Assembly: GCA_044892525.1 (NCBI GenBank)
Contig: CM097885.1
Span: forward strand, 237,090,001 to 237,154,000
DNA: 64,000 nt
Reading direction: 5' to 3'
From: Schmidtea polychroa
Lineage: Eukaryota
Positions 60,301 to 64,000 of this stretch are shown here, piece after piece. Numbering within the stretch: the stretch's first letter is position 1; each line of letters starts with the position of its first letter. The position numbers and the translations under genes were made by a program. The notes beneath the pieces were generated by a model. It was given only the letters and a program-made list of their open reading frames with translations, did no database searches and was not told the DNA's origin.

Positions 60301-60384
60301 CTTAAAACCTGACTCTAAAAATCAGTTAAAATAATGGAAGAAACACTAAATTACTCTTAAGGAACGAGGTGAAGATTGTGACAT
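40044..60384 (-). CDS. HDAC6: Histone deacetylase 6 (two tandem class IIb catalytic domains), more than 25 exons
   Basis: ATG at 60384. CD1 exons at about 60100-59630, 58640-58240 and 53240-52615 ([41 protein letters not shown]). Linker at about 49725-49600. CD2 exons at about 49555-49375, 44020-43090 and 40915-40615 ([44 protein letters not shown]). S/T/N-rich tail to 40056. True 3' end uncertain. Confidence 0.95.
42382..42950 (+). pseudogene. RNF115/RNF126-like E3 ligase unprocessed pseudogene, antisense in an HDAC6 intron
   Basis: [17 protein letters not shown] zinc ribbon, one intron of about 40 nt (42641-42680), then [26 protein letters not shown] and a broken RING-H2 ([14 protein letters not shown], frameshift, CLKTWL) cut off by (AT)n. 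Confidence 0.85.
44259..45096 (+). mobile_element. Internally deleted hAT (SPIN/GTF2IRD2-like) element
   Basis: TIR caggagtggccaacc / ggttggccacccctg; TSD atctacat/atctacag; [32 protein letters not shown]. Confidence 0.92.
45320..46530. repeat. 262-bp tandem repeat, about 4.5 copies
   Basis: catcctggagttg recurs at 45320, 45605, 45867, 46129 and 46391; internal copies are nearly identical. Confidence 0.97.
46591..46690. mobile_element. Short palindromic member of the Penelope-like fold-back family
   Basis: Near-perfect 100-bp palindrome sharing aagcttgaagattatgaatcagtaaatatatcgatg with the arms at 25971-26210. Confidence 0.75.
47000..47760 (+). mobile_element. Heavily decayed Tc1/mariner transposase
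   Basis: [19 protein letters not shown] resembles FQQDGAPCH..VR.L; many stops. Confidence 0.45.
48267..48867. mobile_element. TA-flanked MITE with subterminal repeats
   Basis: TIR cacttttgtcgttcgaattggaatta / taattccaattcgaacgacaaaaaagtg; repeated aattggaatt motifs. Confidence 0.85.
51749..51835 (-). mobile_element. Single arm of the Penelope-like repeat with hammerhead motif
   Basis: Minus strand reads ac-TTGAAAA-ggt agt gcc-GAAA-att-c-gtgaatatc, followed by the family tail. Confidence 0.7.
54087..54708 (-). mobile_element. Internally deleted hAT Charlie element containing (AT)n
   Basis: TIR taggggttccaaacctt / aaggtttggaattcttg; TSD ttttagac/ttttagag; [29 protein letters not shown] remnant. 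Confidence 0.9.
55711..56176 (-). rRNA. 18S rRNA: 18S rRNA pseudogenic fragment (3' major domain region, about 466 nt)
   Basis: Reverse complements of universal SSU motifs (tagcgacggg..gtgtac, gacatctaagggcatcac, ggaattaaccagacaaatcgctccaccaactaagaacgg). Isolated in an HDAC6 intron, with substitutions at normally invariant sites. Confidence 0.95.
56779..57198. mobile_element. hAT Charlie MITE
   Basis: TIR cagtgctcttcaacct / aggttgaagaacactg; perfect TSD gtctaata; KKQAQPSH* remnant on the minus strand. Confidence 0.93.
57320..57453. mobile_element. hAT MITE
   Basis: TIR caggagtgggca / tgcccactcctg, internal gagcc repeats, TSD ttatatac/ttaaacac. Confidence 0.85.
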
Positions 60385-61680
60385 GTAACTAATAATTACG
60401 AAATCCTATAATTTTATCACTAAAATGAAATAAATTTTATCATGTATAATTTAAAATTAATATGCTTTTATCGTTTTAAACAATAGACTTAATTTTGAAA
60501 TTGTTAGTTAACTATTACAAAATTTAAAAGTTTTATTAATTAAGGAACATTATAAACCTTCTTTGTGAACTTCAATTTTTTAAGAACTTTCAGAAAATAG
60601 ATGTATCAAAAAACCTACAAAATGTTTAAATGAAATGCAAACGAGACAATAGGTACAGTGTGTCAAATTATTCATAAAATCGAGCATGTCAAGACCAAAT
60701 GCAATTAATACAATTATTAAATAATTCCAGGAAAATTATTAAAAATTTTTGGGGTTATCGGTGAAACGTGAAATTAATAACGGTTGGTCTGACTCCGAAA
60801 TGTGTTTTGGTTGAAAATAACGAGTTCTAGATACAATTTTTTCGCCAGAACAATTGATTTGAATTTACAACTACACAAAATGATTGATATAACAATCATA
60901 ACTATTGAGTGATTATTACAACTCTTCGGGAGAAATATCATGATTGTAATCAACAAATGGTTGATTTGATTTAGTTGCTTTTGTTGGGCTGAGTTGAAAT
61001 AAGAAATTAAGGAAATAAGATAAGTAAGATTATAAATAAATAAAAATAAACAAAAATTTAAAAATAAACCAGAATCAGGATACAAAAGAAATAATAAATT
61101 AAGACATAAGAATTAAAGCAAAGAATAAAAATAAGAAATTAAGATAAGGAAAAAATACAATAATGAATAAAATGACGCAAAATTCAATAGTTAATGAGAA
61201 AATTAAAGAAACAAATAAAAAATATAATAAAAATAAGGAAAAAATAAGAAAAACAACGAAAAAAACAGCAAAATTAAATTAAATTAAAAAAATTAAGCGG
61301 CACTCAATTTTGATTGGTCCGCATACATGGAAAATTTATATATAAGCCGGCACTAAAATCATTACACTTAATGTTAAAATCCAAAACGTTTAAGGTAAGC
61401 AAATTTTAAAAATCAATCTTTAGAATGTTAAAATCCAAAACGTTTAGGTAAACAATCAGCTAGCACATCACAGACAATCAGGACAGTTAAGAATATTCGA
61501 TAGACAGAGAACGAATCCAGATAAAACTTCAAGAGACACGATTCAATAAATCATTCAACTCAGCCCTCAGCTCAACGTTTAATTCAAACTTCTGGGAACT
61601 AATTTGGTAAGAAGTGTTCGATATATTCTTATGAATAACGTAATTTCGATTATTCCGTATTTTAAGTAAATTAAACTTCA

Positions 61681-62174
61681 TGTTATGATTTTCTCTCTTC
61701 ATTTGGTTTTTGATAATAATAAATTTTAATAATTCTAATGCCTAAACTATTTTTAATTTGAGTAATAATGGTGGATAATGTTTATAATTTGTATATTATT
61801 TTGAGTTTATTGACTTCACAAAATTTATGAGAAACGTGGAGTTGAGGGGTTTCATGCTATGGTGTGAGGGCCCTTCGGGTGCTCAGCCGGTAAGCATGAA
61901 ACCTTTCAATCACGCAGCTGATTCGGGCTGTAATGTGGGGGCTTCCTCACGGGTCCGTCGCTGAAGTGCGCCTAAAATTTGCAAGGAATAGTTGAGGAGA
62001 GAGAAAAATACTCGAAAATAGATTATAGTTGATCTGCTAATGAAAACAAAGGGAACTCGATGTACTGTTGATGATAAAAAGGAACTTTTCTGAGTAAGAT
62101 GACTAATCTTTGTGGAAACTCCTGTTGATGTCAATTTTGTGGTATCCTCAATCACTGTGTGAATCACGACTACA
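61681..62174. mobile_element. Possible LTR-like segment containing a long hairpin
   Basis: tgttatgatt...aatcacgactaca termini; AATAAA on the minus strand near 61806. No TSD found. Confidence 0.35.
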
Positions 62175-62559
62175 TTTTTGACTTTCGCATTTTAATTTAT
62201 TTTTACAAATCCTCACTTTGAAAATTTTTACTCACCTCCTGCTTATAGTAGTGTAAATCTGTTTTGAGCATGTACTCTCGTATTAGTATAACTTCATAGG
62301 AAACGCTATAACATCGTTAAATACAATTTAGGAAATGAGATAATATGCAGAAAACTTTATTTTTACTAAAAGAGAACTCCCGAAATACCTGTTTGTAGCC
62401 TCCAGAGCATGGTCTTCCTGTTCGTCTGAATTTATTTCTAACCATCTTCAAGACATAATGAAAAATATTCTCTGAATAATTTGGCAGAATCATCGACAAA
62501 AATAATATTTCCAAAACGAGAAACGAGAATGTTGTAAACAACGAGGGTAATTACAATCA

Positions 62560-62900
62560 TCATTTTCGATAAGAATCAGCACATGCAACATCGAATTAAT
62601 ACTGAGAATATGACACATGAAAAATCCAATTTAATGAGAAAACGCCAGATCGATTTTAAATTTCATAGAGTAGAAGAGCACAAGTTTGAACAGATTGCGA
62701 ATTCAAGTGACAACTGGCAGAACATAGCATGATATCATCTGCTGAGATAACAGCATCCGACTCCTTTTGCAGTGAGATTAATGACACCGCATATACTCAC
62801 ACACTGACGATAGCACGGTAAAGTACAACAATACGCATGTGACATTTTCCATTCAATTCATTTTTGTGTCATAGACATCTGCTATAACCGCAACTGCACA
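62560..62900 (-). mobile_element. Decayed non-LTR (LINE) RT remnant
   Basis: GVGC followed, in another frame, by SADDIMLCSAS, resembling YADDIxLxSxS. Confidence 0.4.
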
Positions 62901-63467
62901 CGCTTGATAAAAATTTTCGAGATGAGAAGATAATCTGTTCTAGCTCATATGCTATCCACTCGTGACAAACATAATCTCTGATAGTAATTGAATTCGACGT
63001 AGGCGACAGATAACTTAATGTAACTAATAGACTTAATGATAATACTCATATGAATTTGGCATGTCTACTAAGTTCCAACAAGGAAAAAAGGGAATTTACT
63101 AACCAAACAAGACAAATTTTCCTTTTAACTAATAAAATTTTAAATATATTTGTAATGTTACCTGAGAAAATTTTAAATATTATTATATTTACCTACCTAT
63201 AGGGTTTCCTTTTCCAACAAATCACCATATTTACGGAGGCAACGTCATATGATTCCGACCTTTTTCTGTTGATAAATAACATAGAATAGTAAAAGTCGAT
63301 CGTCTGAGGGGAATCTCTCTTGTCGGCTGACATGTTTTTCTCTTCTTGTCTGAATGGTATAGACGGATAGTATAAATCTCGAGACGGTTAATGAATGGTT
63401 GTTTCGGCATGATGATTTTGTAAATTTAGTGATTTATGTTGATTATCTTTGTCTCTCCTTTCCAGTC

Positions 63468-64000
63468 ATGATCCCAGTTACAAAAACTACTCTCAGACCT
63501 TGTTTTTCTTGCGCAGACAAGAATAACATCATCAAGGAACTATAAGCTCAGATCGGTCGATACAAGAGAAAAATCGACGAGCTGGAAGGCACATGGTTCA
63601 GCCCAGTGCAGATGAAAGAGGTGCAGAAGAAATTGTACCGTAGCGAACACTGTCGCGATGCTCTAATCTCAGAAAGCCGATCCCAACGCATCCTAATAAA
63701 AGAGCAATCGGAGGCTTTCCACAAAGTTTATCTCCAGGCGGCTACCACCCGGAAAATCGTCCGCATTCCTATTCATGAAGCGGACAACATCTTTCATGTT
63801 CACCACGACACCTCTCTTGATCAATCACCTCCAGCCAAGAAGCCTTGTCGCGAGTGTGTTGAAGCCGACCTTTCACCCCGGCCTGCCGAAGTGATCATCA
63901 CCGGAACCAGCAAGGTGTTACCACCCATCGCGTCTACGTCTACGGCGCAACCGAGTACACTTATTGCCTCAAACCCCAAGCGACGGCAACTATCGAGAGC
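63468..64000 (+). other. GC-rich ORF of unknown identity with one in-frame stop, running off the window
   Basis: ATG at 63468 after a TATAAA (63371) and a candidate 46-nt intron (63420-63465). TAA at 63543, otherwise open to 64000. Confidence 0.5.

Noticed and set aside
61915..61975. Twister or HDV-like ribozyme
   Set aside because: I could not place the required pseudoknots or conserved core nucleotides.

Overview
AT-rich, transposon-rich animal nuclear DNA. The 42-51 nt minimal introns, long (TAA)n/(AT)n tracts and the 18S fragment look invertebrate and possibly flatworm-like, but the taxon is an inference. Four host genes can be spliced by eye: MSH5 (minus, central exons only), PAF1 (plus, 9 exons, complete), an SK/KCNN Ca-activated K+ channel (plus, 2 exons) and a two-domain HDAC6 (minus, about 20 kb). 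Introns and intergenic DNA hold degenerate Ty3/Gypsy elements, solo LTRs, hAT, piggyBac, pogo/Tc1 and Harbinger MITEs, and tandem repeats. Most notable: (1) a dispersed fold-back repeat family whose arms carry a minimal hammerhead-ribozyme motif (U3-A8 core variant, palindromic stem III) of the Penelope type; (2) four decayed copies of housekeeping sequences (PSMA6, ASF1, RNF115/126, 18S rRNA), two of them in Gypsy remnants, suggesting repeated RNA capture; (3) an SK channel whose filter reads GVGYG; (4) a strand-asymmetric GC-rich hairpin and a compositionally foreign, apparently spliced ORF near the right end. All protein identities come from remembered family motifs, not database searches.
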